Below, in pieces: positions 61,109 through 64,000 of a DNA stretch of 64,000 nt. Position 1 is the first letter of the stretch; each line of letters opens with the position of its first letter. Made by a program: the position numbers and the translations under genes. The stretch comes from Macrostomum lignano. Its lineage: Eukaryota. The notes under the pieces are model-generated. The model saw nothing but the letters and a program-made list of their open reading frames with translations, was not told the DNA's origin and searched no databases. The stretch is taken from the NCBI GenBank assembly GCA_002269645.1, contig NIVC01000440.1, forward strand, positions 248,001-312,000, given 5' to 3'.

Positions 61109-62233
61109 ATGGGTAATAAATCGTCGAAACGGGCCGCTTTGAAACCTGCCACCAGCGTTCCCAATGTCTGTCGCGGCACCGCGGACAGCGGCACTAATAG
61201 CAAAGGCGTGACGCTGCGACGCTCGAAACCGCCAGCCCGACCGGTCACTTGCGTCGCGGATCGTCCGGCATCGGTTCAGCCCAGGTCCACTCGGCACTCG
61301 GATACCAGACTTATCATTAATCAGCTGTGCTCAAAGCGGCCAAAGTACTGCCTACTCAAACAGTTGGACTTTGATCAGCTAGACGAGCAGGTGCAGTTTC
61401 TCCTGTTCGAGTCCGTGTGCGACCAGCTCGATCAGCTGGGCACCATCGATCGGCTGCGATCGGCGCAGGCTGCACAAAGACCTGCCATGGTCAAGACAAA
61501 GACAAGCGGCAATAGTTTAGAGCAGATTGTGACAGATTATCGCCAGCTGTGCAGCAAATTTATGGCTGTCGCAATGCCCGAACTGCTGTTGCTAACCGGT
61601 TGCCAGCCGGAAGAATTGTACAGCTCCGCGCACAGAATCCTTGCCGAGATGTTGAGTGAAACTGAGACGCTGTGGCATTCGAAGGCGGACTCATTAACCT
61701 GTAGCCTTCTCGACTGCAGCTCGCCTTCGTCGAGCAGCTCCACGAATCGATCGATGGTCAGACAGCAGGTGCAGCAACTGCTCTGCTCAACTTCAGCCGA
61801 GGTTGCCGCAACCATCGGTTGGAGTTCTTTGCTGTCAGCCAACTCGTTGGCTTTGCTGCTGTCTTCCGAAAGCGATAGGGATCAAAATCCCCAGTCGCTG
61901 GGCTTGGCTACCCAGCGGTTCCTCGACGCTGCAGCCGTTTGGTGCTGGGGCGCAGTTTGCGCCTGTCATTCGAGCTTCAGCGGCCAAGCGTCATCCAGTC
62001 TGACTGTACTTGTCGAAGACCTTGTCGAAGGCAGTGGCACTACTCTGAAATTCGATCCCAGACTGCACCGGACTGTGGTTGGTGCGGAACGAGCCGGGGC
62101 TCGCATCGGGTGCGTCCTATGGCCGGCCCTGTGTCACAGAGTTGATCCCAAACAGCAGGATTCGAACCCATGCGATGCGACCAAGCTTAAACCGGAGACA
62201 ATCTTGTGCAAAGCGATGGTTAAGCTGTGTTGA
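61109..62233 (+). CDS. Intronless 374-aa protein with an N-myristoylation motif and a MIEAP/SPATA18-like C-terminal domain
   Basis: The start MGNKSS fits M-G-x-x-x-S. The C-terminus ...VWCWGAV...LKFDPRLHRTVVG...IGCVLWPAL...ILCKAMV resembles the MIEAP C-terminal pattern FD..H.R...I...WP.L...L.KG.V as recalled. Confidence 0.55.
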   Translation: MGNKSSKRAALKPATSVPNVCRGTADSGTNSKGVTLRRSKPPARPVTCVADRPASVQPRSTRHSDTRLIINQLCSKRPKYCLLKQLDFDQLDEQVQFLLFESVCDQLDQLGTIDRLRSAQAAQRPAMVKTKTSGNSLEQIVTDYRQLCSKFMAVAMPELLLLTGCQPEELYSSAHRILAEMLSETETLWHSKADSLTCSLLDCSSPSSSSSTNRSMVRQQVQQLLCSTSAEVAATIGWSSLLSANSLALLLSSESDRDQNPQSLGLATQRFLDAAAVWCWGAVCACHSSFSGQASSSLTVLVEDLVEGSGTTLKFDPRLHRTVVGAERAGARIGCVLWPALCHRVDPKQQDSNPCDATKLKPETILCKAMVKLC

Positions 62234-62574
62234 TGAGAAGTTCAACAAAATGTATTGAAATTGAGCTCCAAAGTTCTCAACCAGCTGCTTGACCTGCAAC
62301 CTTCAAAACATTTTTAAACAAAGTTTCTAAAACTAACATTTTCATAATCTTTGTCATTGTGTGTGTACATTATCTGTGTTTGTGTTTAACAAATAAATTA
62401 AAAACGTGTTTACCTATTTTTTATTGAAAAAAATGTTATTTAGAGTTTATTATTGGCTGGAATATTTTCACCGCTGATTGTACGACAATGCCACCGAAGG
62501 GGGTCCACAGCTGTTTTTAAAATATGTGTAGCAGAATGCTTCTCAGTGTAACAGAATGCTTGATTATGCAAAAG

Positions 62575-63245
62575 GATGCCTGTTTGTGTAACAGGATAAT
62601 TCTCAGTGTGTAACAGGATGATTCTCAGTGTGTAACAGGATGCTTCTCAGTGTGTAACAGGATGATTCTCAGTGTGTAACAGGATGATTCTCAGTGTGTA
62701 ACAGGATGCTTCTTAGTGTGTAACAGGATGATTCTCAGTGTGTAACAGGATGCTTCTTAGTGTGTAACAGGATGATTCTCAGTGTGTAACAGGATGCTTC
62801 TCAGTGTGTAACAGGATGATTCTCAGTGTGTAACAGGATGATTCTCAGTGTGTAACAGAATGATTCTCAGTGTGTAACAGGATGATTCTCAGTGCGTAAC
62901 AGGATGATTCTCAGTGTGTAACAGGATGCTTCTTAGTGTGTAACAGGATGATTCTCAGTGTGTAACAGGATGCTTCTTAGTGTGTAACAGGATGATTCTC
63001 AGTGTGTAACAGGATGATTCTCAGTGTGTAACAGGATGATTCTCAGGGTGTAACAGGATGATCAGTGTGTAACAGGATGATTCTCAGTGTGTAACAGGAT
63101 GATTCTCAGTGTGTAACAGGATGATTCTCAGTGTGTAACAGGATGATTCTCAGGGTGTAACAGGATGATCAGTGTGTAACAGGATGATTCTCAGTGTGTA
63201 ACAGGATGATTCTCAGTGTGTAACAGGATGATTCTCAGTGTGTAA
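62575..63245. repeat. 22-bp minisatellite (gtgtaacaggatgattctcagt)
   Basis: Direct inspection. Confidence 0.95.
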
Positions 63246-63305
63246 TTTTGCTTTCAAACAGACAAAATAAAAATCATTAATGCGCTTGACCTCAAAAACA
63301 GAGTC

Positions 63306-63740
63306 ATGACCTCAGCTTCTGATTCAACGACCCTGTCGCGTCGCATTGGCTGGGGACTGCGCGGCGCGTTGATCACTGCGGATGTACTTTTGAGCACAGC
63401 ATGTCATAGTCTGTTCCTGCTTCTGTTGAAACCGCTCATGTGCCGCCTTCTTGGCCGCGAGGATCTTTACTGGCGCATTGAGGGCTTCTTGTTCGAGCGA
63501 ATATTCGGTCACGTGGCCACCTGGACACACACGGCCGGCTATCGGCTGTGTCTCCATGGCGATGCCATTCCTAGCCAAGCCTATTCAAGCCGCACACTGG
63601 TGATTTGCAATCACGTGTCCACGGCGGATGTGCCCACCCTGTTCTACCTGTGGGTGAACAGCCACCCCTGTCCCATTCCCAACCTGTGGTGGGTCATGGA
63701 TATGCTGTTCAAGTGGACACCTTTTGGTTGGGTGTCACAG
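63306..63740 (+). CDS. LPGAT1: Lysophospholipid acyltransferase LPGAT1-like, first exon (3' partial)
   Basis: PlsC motif NHVSTAD and WVMDMLFKWTPFGWVS match the LPGAT1 subfamily pattern; phase-0 donor CAG/GTAAC at 63740. Confidence 0.8.
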
Positions 63741-63852
63741 GTAACGGAGATGAATGTTGAACTTTTTGGTTTAATTATTGTTGCCATATTTATCTTTGAT
63801 ACTCTGTTTCATTTTGTAATTCTTAACTTGTTTAAGTCTTCTACTGCCCTTT

Positions 63853-64000
63853 AAGAATCGCCCGGTCAAGAATCGCCCAATTAAGAATCGCCCAGTCAAG
63901 AATCGCCCAGTCAAGAATCGCCCAATTAAGAATCGCCCAGTCAAGAATCGCCTAATTAAGAATCACCCGATTAAGAATCGCCCAGTTAAGAATCGCCTGA
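63853..64000. repeat. 15-bp minisatellite (aagaatcgcccagtc), LPGAT1 intron 1, running off the window
   Basis: Direct inspection. Confidence 0.92.

Noticed and set aside
58380-63245. Regular 22-67-bp repeats as a possible CRISPR array
   Set aside because: The units are contiguous with no unique spacers, there are no cas genes, and the context is eukaryotic.

Overview
Eukaryotic (animal) genomic DNA with GC-rich exons, GT-AG introns and a very high load of intronic mini/microsatellites. The style resembles a free-living flatworm such as Macrostomum; this is an inference, not confirmed. Manually spliced conserved genes: DPCD (2841-4264 +), ECI2 (22807-27825 +, ends SKL), a calmodulin-like gene (41878-44045 +), SDF2/SDF2L1 (54348-58342 +) and the first exon of an LPGAT1-like acyltransferase (63306-63740 +). 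Between them lie lineage-specific secreted and surface-protein genes, several missed by the ORF track because they are small and split. These include two defensin-like prepropeptide genes with the same exon layout and an unusual six-cysteine frame (14287-14674 -, 34104-34604 +), two paralogous secreted PAN + ALK/LTK-type glycine-rich-domain genes (10046-13052 -, 45443-47722 -), disabled PAN-LamG and PAN-fibrinogen genes, an FN2-domain membrane protein, a neprilysin-like protein lacking HExxH, a KCNE-like single-pass protein and a myristoylation-motif MIEAP-like protein. Mobile DNA includes an RNase H-bearing non-LTR element 3' end, RTE and Penelope remnants, tRNA-derived SINEs, MITEs and a possible solo LTR. 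No CRISPR array, rRNA or intact tRNA gene was seen. All homology calls are by eye against remembered family motifs; no database search was run.
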